61,539 nucleotides of DNA from Candidatus Limnocylindria bacterium (GTDB taxonomy: Bacteria > Chloroflexota > Limnocylindria > Limnocylindrales > CSP1-4): positions 1-61,539 of the forward strand of contig DATKBR010000007.1 in NCBI GenBank assembly GCA_035513775.1, written 5' to 3'. Shown here piece by piece: positions 52,903 to 61,539 of this stretch. Every line of letters starts with the position of its first letter. Position 1 is the stretch's first letter. Below the pieces are notes generated by a model. The model saw only the letters and a program-made list of their open reading frames with translations. It was not told where the DNA came from and searched no databases. The position numbers and the translations under genes were made by a program.

Positions 52903-54435
52903 CTAACCCCCGCCGCCGCCCTCGTCGGCGGCCACCGCGGCGAGGTGCGCATCCGCCGCATACACACCGCGCTGGCGCGGCGGGAGTAGCCCCGCGATGC
53001 GGGTCATGATCAGGCGCGTGGCGGCCTCGGTGGCCTGCCGGCCGCGCGGCGGGATGCCAAGCGTCGCGAGCTCCTCGGCCACCGTGAACGGCGCGCCATA
53101 GCGGACGGTCACGCGCCTGCCGAAGAGCGGCAGGAGGCGACCACGGGGCCACATCCGGTCGCTGTCGATGACGGCCACGGGCAGCACCTGCGCGCCGCTC
53201 CGGAGCGCGAGCAAGCCCGCGCCCTCGCGTACCTGCTGGAGGGCGCCGTCGCGGCTGCGGGTGCCCTCCGGGAAGATCGCGAGCACCTGCCCGGCGTCGA
53301 GGACGCGCATCGCCGCCCGGAACGCCTCGAGATCCGCGGCCTCGCGATCCACCGGGTGGATCCCGCCGCGGCGCATGAGCCAACCCGTCAGCGGAAACTC
53401 GACCAGCTCACGCTTTCCGAGCCAGTTGAGCGGCCTCCCGAGGCGCTGGGTCAGAAACGCCCCGATCAGCACCGGGTCCGCGCTGGAGGTGTGGTTCGCG
53501 GCCACGATCATCGGGCCCTTGGGCAAGGCGTCGAGGTCCCCCTCGATCCGCAGCCGCACGATGGCGCGCACGATGATCCGGAAGATGGCGCTCGCGACGC
53601 CGATGACGATGTTGACGCGGGTCGCGACGGGCGTCTGTTCGATCGGCCGGCGCGCCGCGCGAGGTGTTCGAGCGGCTCGTGGCGACTTTGCCTTCGTCGC
53701 GCCGCTGGTGCCCTCGGTGCCGGCGCGGGACGCCTCGGAATTCCGGATCGTGTCGACGACAAGGCGGACCGTCTCCACGAACGCGTTGCCGTCCGTCCGC
53801 AGGATGACCGCATCGTCGGCGGCGCGGAGCGGCGCGACCTCACGGGTTGAGTCGAGCAGGTCGCGGCGCCGGAGCTCGGTGAGGATCTCGACGGCCTCCG
53901 CCGATTCGGGGTCGATCCCACGCTCCAGTGCTCGCCGGCGTGCGCGCTCCTCGACGGACGCGTCGAGATACAGCTTGAGGTCGGCGTCGGGCAGCACCAC
54001 CGTCCCGATGTCGCGCCCGGCCATGATGATTCGACCCTCGCTCGCGAGCCGGCGCTGGCGCGTCAGGAGCGCCAGCCGGAGCTCCGCAACCCCGGAGTAG
54101 CCGGACACGGCCACGTCGACGTCGGGCCCCCTCACCTCTGCCGTCCGATCGACGCCACCGACCCCGACGTGGGCCAGGCGCCCGGTGCCGTCGTCGATCA
54201 GATCGATCTCGTCGACAAGTCCCACGAGGCCCGTCCCGTCGTCGGCGGCGATGTCCCGGTCAAGCGCGAGCCACGTCGCGGCCCGGTACAGCAATCCGGT
54301 GTCGCAGAAGCGGTAGCCCAGCTCCTTGGCCGCCGCAGCGCCGACGCTGCTCTTGCCCGACGAGGCCGGCCCGTCGAGGGCAACGACGAGGCCGCGGTTC
54401 GCGGTGGGAGGCGTCGCGGCGGCGCCGGATTCCAT
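52903..54435 (-). CDS. cmk: Fused cytidylate kinase + 1-acyl-sn-glycerol-3-phosphate acyltransferase
   Basis: ALDGPASSGKS, DTGLLYRA, GRDIGTVVLPDA, LDASVEERARRR; then NHTSSADP, FPEGTRS in the same ORF. Confidence 0.93.
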   Translation of the reverse strand: MESGAAATPPTANRGLVVALDGPASSGKSSVGAAAAKELGYRFCDTGLLYRAATWLALDRDIAADDGTGLVGLVDEIDLIDDGTGRLAHVGVGGVDRTAEVRGPDVDVAVSGYSGVAELRLALLTRQRRLASEGRIIMAGRDIGTVVLPDADLKLYLDASVEERARRRALERGIDPESAEAVEILTELRRRDLLDSTREVAPLRAADDAVILRTDGNAFVETVRLVVDTIRNSEASRAGTEGTSGATKAKSPRAARTPRAARRPIEQTPVATRVNIVIGVASAIFRIIVRAIVRLRIEGDLDALPKGPMIVAANHTSSADPVLIGAFLTQRLGRPLNWLGKRELVEFPLTGWLMRRGGIHPVDREAADLEAFRAAMRVLDAGQVLAIFPEGTRSRDGALQQVREGAGLLALRSGAQVLPVAVIDSDRMWPRGRLLPLFGRRVTVRYGAPFTVAEELATLGIPPRGRQATEAATRLIMTRIAGLLPPRQRGVYAADAHLAAVAADEGGGGG

Positions 54436-54442
54436 CCCGGGG

Positions 54443-54448
54443 AGGATA
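54443..54448 (-). promoter_or_regulatory. -10 box TATCCT, leaderless geometry
   Basis: 7 nt upstream of ATG 54435. Confidence 0.6.
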
Positions 54449-54531
54449 GCCGCGCCCGCGCGGCGAGACATTGCCACAGGAATGCAGCAGACCCCGCGGC
54501 CCATCCCGACGACACGCCCTGGCGCGCCGGG

Positions 54532-56820
54532 TCAGGCATCGGTGCCGCCAGGGTCTTCGAAGTCCCATGCCGGATCGACCGGATCGGCGACGATCAGGGC
54601 GTCGACGGCGATCGCGTCGGTATGCCCGACAATGACGGGGTTGAGGTCGACGTCCAGCCACGACGGATTGCGGGTCATCGCATCGCCCAGCGCGACCAGC
54701 AGCTGCGCGATAGCCTGCCGGTTGACCGGCCGCCCGCCGCGGGCACCCTCGAGGACCCTCGCGCCGTTCAGCTCGGACAGCATCTCCAGGGCATCGTCCG
54801 GCCGCAGGGGCACGAGCCGGAGCGCGACGTCGTCGAGCAGCTCGGCGTGGATGCCCCCGAGCCCGACGAGCACCAGCGCGCCGTACTGGGGGTCGCGGCG
54901 GCCGCCCACGATGAGCTCCACGCCCTTGCGCGCCATCGGCTGGATGAGCACCCCGTCCGGATCGTGGTCGCGACCCGCCGCGAGGATGCGGCGCAGGGCA
55001 GGCCCGAGCTGCTTCGGGCCGGCCACGCCCAGCTCGACGCCGCCGACTTCCGTCTTGTGGGAGAGGCCGGGCGCGTCGAGCTTCACTGCCACCGGCCAGC
55101 CTGTCCGCTCCGCCGCCGCGGTGGCCTCCGGGAGCATCGCGGCAACGCTCCGACCCTCGACCGCGATCGATTCGACGATCGGCAGGCCGGCCGCGCGCAG
55201 CATCTCGAGGGATTCGCGCTCTGGGATGACGCGCGCCGGCGGGCGCCCGGCGGACCGACGATCGGCGCCAGAGGGCGGGCGGTCGAACCCGTACGCTGGC
55301 ACGTCGGCCGCGAGAGCGGGCCACGTGGCGCGCGCCGGCCCGCCGCGAGCGCGGGCCGCCAACCGGCGCTCCCACCAGGCGAGGCGCGAGATCGCCCCGA
55401 GCCCGGCGAGGGCGCCGCGGAGGATCGGGACGCCGCCGGCCTGGTCCAGCTGCTCGGACACCTCGGGCGTGACGTCGCCGGACGTGAGGGAGACGAAGGC
55501 GGGCAGGACGCCCGGTCGATCGGCCGTCGCGGCGATCAGCTCGGCGCCTAGCTCCACCGCGAGTGCCGCCTCGCTGCGCGGCGACCCGAACGGGAAGTCG
55601 TGGACGAGCGCGAGGACGTCGTAGGCCCCCGAATCGGCCAGCGCCTCGAATGTCGCGCGGTACGTCGGCGCCGCGTCGCCGGCACCCCACGGGTCGATCG
55701 GGTTCTCCACGTGGGTCAGCGTCGGCATCGCGGCCCGGATCTGCGCCCGGGCTCCGGCCGGGATCGGCGGAAGAGATAGCCCGATGCGCGGCGCAACGTC
55801 GGCGATGAGCGAGCCCTCGCCCGTCGAGACGGTGACGACAGCGGTCCTCCCCTGCCCCACCCGGCGCCCGAGGCGTCGCGAGCGGCTCACGAGCGCGGCC
55901 GCCTCGAGCAGCTCGTCCAGGTCGTCGCACAGGACGACGCCGGCGGCGCGCATCGCCGCCTCGGTCGCACGCGCGTCGCCCGCGAGCGAGCCCGAGTGCG
56001 AGACCGCGGCGGCCTGCGCCTGGGCGCTCCGACCGACCTTCACCGCGAGAACCGGCACGTCCATGGCCAGCGCCCGATCAGCGAGGGCGAGGAACCGCTC
56101 CGGCCGCTTGAAGCCTTCCATGAACAGGACGACCGAATCGGTGGTCGGGTCGTCGAGCGACGCCGCCATGTAGTCGCACACATCCAGGACGGCCTCGGAG
56201 CCGCAGCTCACGATCCGGCTCCAGCCGATCCGCGTGCCGGCGTTAACGAAGGCGTTGGTCACGCTCCCCGACTGGGCGATCGCGACGGTGCCGCCGCGGC
56301 GCATCTCCGGGAGGTCGTCGATGTATGTCGCGCTCGGCGCGTGCAGGTCGATGACGCCCATGCAGTTCGGCCCCAGCAGCGCGATGCCCGACTCGAGCGC
56401 GATCGCCGCCACCTCGGCCTGCATCCGGGCCGCCGTCTCCCCGCCCTCGATCACCCCGCCGCCCGGGATCATGACCGCGGGCACGCCGGCCGCGGTCGCC
56501 TCACGCACCACGCCCGCAACACGCAACGGGTTGATCGCCACGACGGCGATATCCGGCACCTCCGGCAACGCTGTGATGTCCGGGTAGCACGGGGCGCCTT
56601 CGACCTCCGCGTACTTCGGGTTCACGAAGTAGCAGCGCGTGTCGCCCCCGACCCGGGCGATGTTGTCGCGGAGGATGCGGGCGGTGTTGGAACGCGGCGA
56701 CGCGCCGACGACCGCCACGGAGCGCGGCGAGAACAGGGGCCTGATATCGATGGTCCGTGCCGTGACGCGGGATGCGCCGGCCGCATCCGCCGCGCCGGCT
56801 GGGTCGGCCGTGCCGCTCAT
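54532..56820 (-). CDS. ADP-forming acyl-CoA synthetase (acetate-CoA ligase family, fused alpha/beta)
   Basis: PRSVAVVGAS, LGPNCMG, IAQSG, SHSGSLAG (phospho-His), NPID, HKTEVGGV, DLNPV. Confidence 0.92.
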   Translation of the reverse strand: MSGTADPAGAADAAGASRVTARTIDIRPLFSPRSVAVVGASPRSNTARILRDNIARVGGDTRCYFVNPKYAEVEGAPCYPDITALPEVPDIAVVAINPLRVAGVVREATAAGVPAVMIPGGGVIEGGETAARMQAEVAAIALESGIALLGPNCMGVIDLHAPSATYIDDLPEMRRGGTVAIAQSGSVTNAFVNAGTRIGWSRIVSCGSEAVLDVCDYMAASLDDPTTDSVVLFMEGFKRPERFLALADRALAMDVPVLAVKVGRSAQAQAAAVSHSGSLAGDARATEAAMRAAGVVLCDDLDELLEAAALVSRSRRLGRRVGQGRTAVVTVSTGEGSLIADVAPRIGLSLPPIPAGARAQIRAAMPTLTHVENPIDPWGAGDAAPTYRATFEALADSGAYDVLALVHDFPFGSPRSEAALAVELGAELIAATADRPGVLPAFVSLTSGDVTPEVSEQLDQAGGVPILRGALAGLGAISRLAWWERRLAARARGGPARATWPALAADVPAYGFDRPPSGADRRSAGRPPARVIPERESLEMLRAAGLPIVESIAVEGRSVAAMLPEATAAAERTGWPVAVKLDAPGLSHKTEVGGVELGVAGPKQLGPALRRILAAGRDHDPDGVLIQPMARKGVELIVGGRRDPQYGALVLVGLGGIHAELLDDVALRLVPLRPDDALEMLSELNGARVLEGARGGRPVNRQAIAQLLVALGDAMTRNPSWLDVDLNPVIVGHTDAIAVDALIVADPVDPAWDFEDPGGTDA

Positions 56821-57986
56821 CCGACCACCCGGTCGACACCGCGCCGCTCGAGCGAGCGCGCGATGATCAGCCGCTGGATCTCGCTCGTGCCCTCCCAGAT
56901 GCGATCGACGCGCAGCTCGCGGAGGTAGCGCTCGGCGGGGTTCTCGCGCATGTAGCCGCGCCCACCGAAGACCTGGATCACGCGGTCCGCACAGATGAAG
57001 GCCTTCTCGGACGCGAACAGCTTGGCCAGCGACGCCTTGGCGTGGACCACCTTGGGGTCGGCGCCGCTGTCGGCGAGCCAGGCGGCCTCCCGAGTGAGCA
57101 ACCGCGCCGCCGACGCGTCCGCGGCGGAGTCGGCCAGGGGGAAGCTCACGCCCTGGAAGTCGAAGATACGGCTGCCGAACTGGCGGCGATCCGTCGCCCA
57201 GTCGACCGCCAGAGTGAGCAGGCGCTCCATCGCGCCGGCGCAGCGAGCTCCGATGTGGATCCGCTCCGTCACGAACCATTCGTTGGCGAGATCATCTGCC
57301 GCGCCGATCCCGCCGAGCCGGGCCGAGTCCGGGACCCGCACGTCCTCCAGCGCGAACTGCGGATGCCGGTCGGCGAATGTGTGCATGAACGCCGGGTCGG
57401 CCTTCATCAGGACCCCGGGCGCGTCGTAGTCGATGAAGAACAGGGTCGGGAGGCGATCGCCGCCGTCGACCACCATGGCCTGGACGACCATGAAATCCGT
57501 GTTGTCCGGGCCGGTCACGAACCACTTCTCGCCGTTGAGCAGCCACCCGGAGCCGTCGCGCACCGCCGTCGTCTCGAGGTTGCGGGCGTCGGAGCCCGCG
57601 TTCTGCTCGGTGACCGCGTACGCACCGAAGCGCTCGCCGCGCAGGCTTGGCGTCAGGTAGCGCCGGCGCTGGTCGGCATCGGCGTGGACGAGCACCGCGT
57701 AGGCGCCCGGCACGAAGCTCCACAGGCCGCCGGTCACCTGGCCGTACTGCTCGTGGACGAGCACCTGTTCGAACACGGTCCAGCCGCCGCCGCCCACCGC
57801 GACCGGCAGCTCGCCGCCGGCCAGGCCCGCCTCGATCGCGAGGCGTCGGAGCTCGGCCCCGCGCGAGGCCGGGAGGCGCCCACCCGCCGTTTCCAGCTCC
57901 AGCTCCACGGGCTGGAGCACCTCGACGACGAACCTCCGGGCGTTGTCCCGGAGGGCGGCCTGCGCCGGGGTGAGGTTCAGGTCCAC
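56817..57986 (-). CDS. Acyl-CoA dehydrogenase
   Basis: YAVTEQNAGSD, NGEKWFVTG, RRQFG, IQVFGGRGYMRE, RVDRIWEGTSEIQR. Confidence 0.95.
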   Translation of the reverse strand: MDLNLTPAQAALRDNARRFVVEVLQPVELELETAGGRLPASRGAELRRLAIEAGLAGGELPVAVGGGGWTVFEQVLVHEQYGQVTGGLWSFVPGAYAVLVHADADQRRRYLTPSLRGERFGAYAVTEQNAGSDARNLETTAVRDGSGWLLNGEKWFVTGPDNTDFMVVQAMVVDGGDRLPTLFFIDYDAPGVLMKADPAFMHTFADRHPQFALEDVRVPDSARLGGIGAADDLANEWFVTERIHIGARCAGAMERLLTLAVDWATDRRQFGSRIFDFQGVSFPLADSAADASAARLLTREAAWLADSGADPKVVHAKASLAKLFASEKAFICADRVIQVFGGRGYMRENPAERYLRELRVDRIWEGTSEIQRLIIARSLERRGVDRVVG

Positions 57987-58009
57987 GGTGTCAGGTCCAC
58001 GGTGTCAGG
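57977..58009. repeat. 14-bp tandem duplication at a gene junction
   Basis: tcaggtccacggtg x2 plus tcagg; duplicates the GTG start region. Confidence 0.9.
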
Positions 58010-59621
58010 CGAGCCGCTTCGCGCGGTCCTTCAGCACCTGCCCGGCGGCGAGCTTGCCGGGCGCGCCCATCACGCAGCCGCCGGGGTGCGTGCCGGAGCC
58101 GCACTGGTAGTAGCCATCGATCGGGGTGCGGTACTGCGACCAGCCCGGCGCCGGCCGGAAGAAGTACATCTGGGGGGCGAGGAACTCGCCGGCGAAGATG
58201 TTGCCCTCGCTCAGGCCAACCGTCCGCTCGATGTCCAGCGGCGTCTGCACCTCGCGCTGGAGCACCAGCTCGCCGAAGCCCGGGAAGAACGACTCCAGCG
58301 TCGCCTGGACCGTGTCGCCGAGCCCGTCGCGCTCGGCATCCCAGTCGCTCTCGCGCAGCTTGTACGGCGCGTACTGGACGAAGCAGCTCATGACCGCCTT
58401 GCCCGGCGGCGCCATGTCCGGATCGACCGTCGACTGGATCGCGCAGTCGAGGTACGGCCGCTTGGAGTACCAGCCGTACTTCGCGTCGTCGAAGGCGCGC
58501 TCGAGGTACTCCATCGACGGCCCGATGTTGGTGAAGCCGCGGTACTGGTCCGTACGATCACCGAGCGCGGGGTAGCGCGGGATGCCGTCGAGGGCGAAGT
58601 TGACCTTGGCCGACGTGCCCTGGAACCGGAACCGCCGGATCGCGTCGACGAGGTCCGTCGGCAGCTCGCGTGGGTCGACCAGCTCCATGAACGTCCGGCG
58701 CGGGTCCAGCGCGGAGACGACGACCGGGGCGTGGTACTCGGAGCCGTCGGCGAGGGCGACGCCGGTCGCGCGCCCGTTGTCGGTGATCACGTGGTCGACC
58801 GCCGACTCGAGCTTGATCTCCGCGCCGAACGCCGCCGCCGCGCGGGCGAGAACCTGGGTGAACCCGCCGTTGCCCTGCTTGTGGAAGGCCCACGCCCCGA
58901 ACTCGCCGTCGTGCTCGCCGAGCAGGTGGTACAGCAGGACGAGGCCGGATCCCTGCGAGTACGGCCCGACTTTCGTGCCGATGATCGCCGACGAGGCCAT
59001 GTAGCCCTTGAGCAGGTCCGATTCGAAGTAGTCGTCCAGGAAATCCGCGGCGGAGCCGGTCAGGAGCCGAACCGCATCGTGCAGCACCTTCTTGTCCAGC
59101 TTGCGGAAGCGCGAGCCCAGCGCCGCGAGCGCGACGAGCTCCTCCGGGTCGTCGCTGAAGATGTCCGGCGGCGCCGCGTCGAGCAGCGGCTTGATCGCCC
59201 GCAGGACCTTGTTGACGTCGTGGTTGAAGGCGTCGTAGGCATCCGCGTCGTGCGGGCTGTGGCGGGCGATCTCCTTGTGATTCTCGCCGTGGTCCTGGCC
59301 GAAGAGCATGTAGTCGCCGTCCTCCTTCGGGCAGAACGCGGTGGGCATGAGGATCGGCATGAAGCCGTGCTTGACCAGGTCCAGCTCGTGGACGATGTCC
59401 GGGCGGAGCAGGCTGAGCGCGTACGAGAACGAGGTGAACCAGAAGCCCGGCCGGAGCTCCTCGGTGATCGCCGCGCCACCGACGAGGTGGCGTCGCTCCA
59501 GGACCAGGGTGCGCAGGCCGCCCTTGGCGAGGTACGCCGCGTTCGTGAGGCCGTTGTGGCCCCCGCCGATCACGATCGCGTCGTACGTGCGGTCATCGAC
59601 GGTCGATTTCGTGCGTGCCAT
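58005..59621 (-). CDS. FAD-dependent oxidoreductase, phytoene-desaturase-like / PYROXD2-like
   Basis: YDAIVIGGGHNGL..AAYLAK.G, LERRHLVGGAA, GLSEGNIFAGE, YRTPIDGYYQCGSGTHPGG. Confidence 0.9.
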   Translation of the reverse strand: MARTKSTVDDRTYDAIVIGGGHNGLTNAAYLAKGGLRTLVLERRHLVGGAAITEELRPGFWFTSFSYALSLLRPDIVHELDLVKHGFMPILMPTAFCPKEDGDYMLFGQDHGENHKEIARHSPHDADAYDAFNHDVNKVLRAIKPLLDAAPPDIFSDDPEELVALAALGSRFRKLDKKVLHDAVRLLTGSAADFLDDYFESDLLKGYMASSAIIGTKVGPYSQGSGLVLLYHLLGEHDGEFGAWAFHKQGNGGFTQVLARAAAAFGAEIKLESAVDHVITDNGRATGVALADGSEYHAPVVVSALDPRRTFMELVDPRELPTDLVDAIRRFRFQGTSAKVNFALDGIPRYPALGDRTDQYRGFTNIGPSMEYLERAFDDAKYGWYSKRPYLDCAIQSTVDPDMAPPGKAVMSCFVQYAPYKLRESDWDAERDGLGDTVQATLESFFPGFGELVLQREVQTPLDIERTVGLSEGNIFAGEFLAPQMYFFRPAPGWSQYRTPIDGYYQCGSGTHPGGCVMGAPGKLAAGQVLKDRAKRLA

Positions 59622-59623
59622 CG

Positions 59624-60847
59624 TCAGGCCGTCCTCCGGGGTGGGTTGAACAGCGGCAGCTTCGCGACGTGCGCGTCGAAGTATTCGTATCGATGGCGGA
59701 CACCCGCCTCCAACTTCAGCCGGTCGCCCTCGGCGCTCTCCAGCGGCACCCGGGCGAGTGCGATGTGGCGCTGGAGCACGGGTGAGTACATCTGGCTCGT
59801 GGCATACCCGAGCTGGTTGAGGGCGTCGTCGTACACGTAGTACTCATCCTGGATCGGCCTGTGGTCCTTGGGCGGGATGAGGCCCGCCTCGTCATAGATG
59901 CGGTCGTAGTCGCGCCAGTCGACCACGAGGCCGGTCAGGCGCCAGCGCGATGTCTTGTCCGCCAGCTCGCGCCGAATCGCGTCGCGCCCGATGAACGAGC
60001 GCGCGGCGCCGTTGGCGGCCGCCGTGCCGTTACCTGCCGCCAGGTCCCGGAACATCCAGCCGAAACCGAGCTCGATCGGAGTCGAGCGGTCGGCGTCCGT
60101 CCAGGCGTAGCGGCTCGAGTGGAAGTCGACGTCGAGGAGGATCAGGCCGGCCTCTATGCGGGCCATGTACAGCGCGGTCATGCCGAACGGGATGAGCGCC
60201 TTGCCCTCGCCGGACTTCCAGACCGCGTCCCACACCGCAAGCGCGTCCGCCGCGGGCACCCAGACCTCGTAGCCGAGGTCACCCGTGTAACCGGTTCGCG
60301 AGATGACGACGGGCACGCCCGCAACCTTGGTCGAAATCACCTTGAAGTAGCCGAGGTCCGCGACCGCGGGGGCCACTCCGGCGAGAATCTCGCGGGAGCG
60401 GGGGCCCTGGATGGAGAGGATGCCCCAGGCCTCCGTCACGTCCTCGATCTCGACGTCCAGCCGCCCGGCGAGGCCCTGGAAGTAGGCGAGATTCGGCTCG
60501 GCCGCGGTGAGCAGGTACTCCCCCTCCGCGAGGCGCATCAGGACGCCGTCCTCGATCACGAAGCCGCGGTCGTCGCACCACAGCGTGTACTGCGCCTGGC
60601 CCACCGCGCACTTCCGCGGGTCGCGCGCCAGGACGCCGGAGATGAAGCGCTCGGCGTCGGGGCCGGCGAAGAGGTACTTGTACAGCGGCGACGTGTCGAA
60701 CAGCCCGGCCGCGTTCCGGATGCCGAAGTACTCGAACTTCTCGGACATCTGGTAACGCACCGCGACCAGGTGGTTCGACCAGTGCTCCCAGAGCCCGGTC
60801 TCGTTCAGCGCGCTGGTTCGCTCGTGGAAGGGCGTCGTCCGGACCAT
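59624..60847 (-). CDS. Aminomethyltransferase (GcvT-like, folate-binding) family protein
   Basis: TPFH, AGLFDTS, YTLWCDDRG..IEDG, SRTGYTGDLGYE, RIEAG; no gcvH/gcvP in the window. Confidence 0.92.
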   Translation of the reverse strand: MVRTTPFHERTSALNETGLWEHWSNHLVAVRYQMSEKFEYFGIRNAAGLFDTSPLYKYLFAGPDAERFISGVLARDPRKCAVGQAQYTLWCDDRGFVIEDGVLMRLAEGEYLLTAAEPNLAYFQGLAGRLDVEIEDVTEAWGILSIQGPRSREILAGVAPAVADLGYFKVISTKVAGVPVVISRTGYTGDLGYEVWVPAADALAVWDAVWKSGEGKALIPFGMTALYMARIEAGLILLDVDFHSSRYAWTDADRSTPIELGFGWMFRDLAAGNGTAAANGAARSFIGRDAIRRELADKTSRWRLTGLVVDWRDYDRIYDEAGLIPPKDHRPIQDEYYVYDDALNQLGYATSQMYSPVLQRHIALARVPLESAEGDRLKLEAGVRHRYEYFDAHVAKLPLFNPPRRTA

Positions 60848-61006
60848 TCGACCTGCTCGCTCCCCTGCGGTGCCGCCGGTCGGCTCATGGTAGGAGTTGG
60901 GTCTCCCCGCCGGGTCGCTCGCGGCCCGATCGTCGCCCCGGGTCGCTGGGAGATCGACGTCTCGTTCGTGAAGGGGGTGCTGGACGGGGCGTGGACGCGG
61001 CGCTGA

Positions 61007-61333
61007 TTGAGGCCATCGTCAGGCTCGGCGCCGAGCTCCGCGCCCACCCCACGACCGACGGCGCGACCGACCACCGGGCCGACGACTCCCCCTGCTACCC
61101 CGAAGCCTGGTCCATCGACGCCGCCAGACGCCACGACCGCACCCTCGCTCGCGCCATCTGCAGCGCCGACCCAGCCCGCACCCAGCGCAACGCCGCTGCC
61201 GGGAGGCTCGGCTGCGTGCGGAGCCATCGACCCGTCGCTCCTGCTCCTGCTGCTGGCCATCGCCCTGTTGACCCTCGCACTCGGCTTTGGCCTCCGGCGA
61301 CGTCGGGGCCGGTCTACGCGACCTCGCGCTTGA
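61007..61333 (+). CDS. Pro/Thr-rich tail with TM helix and basic end; possibly a truncated surface protein
   Basis: PT-rich linker, LLLLLLAIALLTLALGFGL, RRRR; TTG start directly after an in-frame TGA, no signal peptide. Confidence 0.4.
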   Translation: MRPSSGSAPSSAPTPRPTARPTTGPTTPPATPKPGPSTPPDATTAPSLAPSAAPTQPAPSATPLPGGSAACGAIDPSLLLLLLAIALLTLALGFGLRRRRGRSTRPRA

Positions 61334-61427
61334 TCGTCGTCGAGGCGAGTGCCACGAAGAACAGGGCGATCCCGGCGAGGACGATCAGGTCGATCTGGAC
61401 GACGCTGCTGGACAGACTGCGCGCATC
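61314..61427 (-). pseudogene. Short C-terminal stub resembling an ABC-2 permease end
   Basis: ...QIDLIVLAGIALFFVALASTTIKREVA*; the same frame upstream is Arg-rich and non-membrane. Confidence 0.3.
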
Positions 61428-61539
61428 AGCCCGAACCGCTCGCCGGCGACGCCGACGACCGCCCGGCCGATCAGCGGGAACACCACCTCTGGCGGCTCGT
61501 CTCGATGCTCGACGTCGAGGGAGCGGCGGACGAGCATGT

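Noticed and set aside
49009-57279. Long N-terminal extensions on gpsA, der, ispH and the acyl-CoA ligase in the ORF track
   Set aside because: They overlap upstream genes in other frames; family motifs and stop/start overlaps give shorter starts
58005-59621. Carotenoid biosynthesis (crtI)
   Set aside because: No crtB/crtE/crtY nearby; context is aminomethyltransferase and CoA enzymes
59624-60847. Calling it gcvT
   Set aside because: No gcvH/gcvP, and the sequence fits the broader GcvT-like family only
60805-61260. 151-aa minus-strand ORF
   Set aside because: Antisense of the PT-rich plus-strand tail; overlaps the gcvT-like start
1-61539. Transposase, integrase, prophage, rRNA or defence-system genes
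   Set aside because: No recognisable motifs in any frame examined

Overview
High-GC (roughly 70% by eye) bacterial chromosomal segment. Gene style suggests Chloroflexota (Limnocylindria-like) or Actinomycetota; this is inference and not verifiable here. It holds about 50 real CDS; most other ORFs in the track are antisense or out-of-frame shadows. Layout: (1) 1-18600 is an accessory-looking block ending at tRNA-Arg(CCT), with an SRPBCC protein, a secreted CE4 deacetylase, a membrane-anchored DUF3494 ice-binding protein, a ~2,900-aa cyclic beta-1,2-glucan synthase whose 5' end lacks a canonical start, two MBL hydrolases, an atypical response regulator and a degenerate GGDEF protein. (2) 18700-45650 is mostly core or metabolic: glutaredoxin-ccdA-tlpA, Thr aldolase, FIST + adenylate cyclase, ridA, dcd, PLP decarboxylase, TetM/OtrA-like GTPase with an overlapping uORF, nrdR with tandem NrdR boxes, etfAB-ACAD, a FadF-like Fe-S protein, Moco genes, an HDxxH site-2 protease, a Lit-like protein and a two-component system. 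(3) 45650-49000 is a second variable zone around tRNA-Pro(GGG), with gene stubs, tandem duplications, a hidden zinc-ribbon ORF carrying an in-frame TGA at a Cys position, and an orphan gene with eCIS-effector-like QR motifs. (4) 49000-54500 is the cmk-plsC/ispH/der/gpsA operon. (5) 54500-60850 is a coupled GcvT-like / PYROXD2-like / ACAD / ADP-forming ligase operon. Window-wide, many genes have a TAnnnT -10 box 6-7 nt before the start codon, indicating leaderless mRNAs. Best candidates for undescribed biology: the GcvT-like/PYROXD2-like operon, the orphan eCIS-type effector, the FIST-adenylate cyclase pair, the ice-binding/cyclic-glucan cluster with its odd translation start, and the C-P-A-TGA zinc ribbon. 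No CRISPR array, rRNA, transposase or integrase was recognised. Family assignments come from motif recognition, not database searches.
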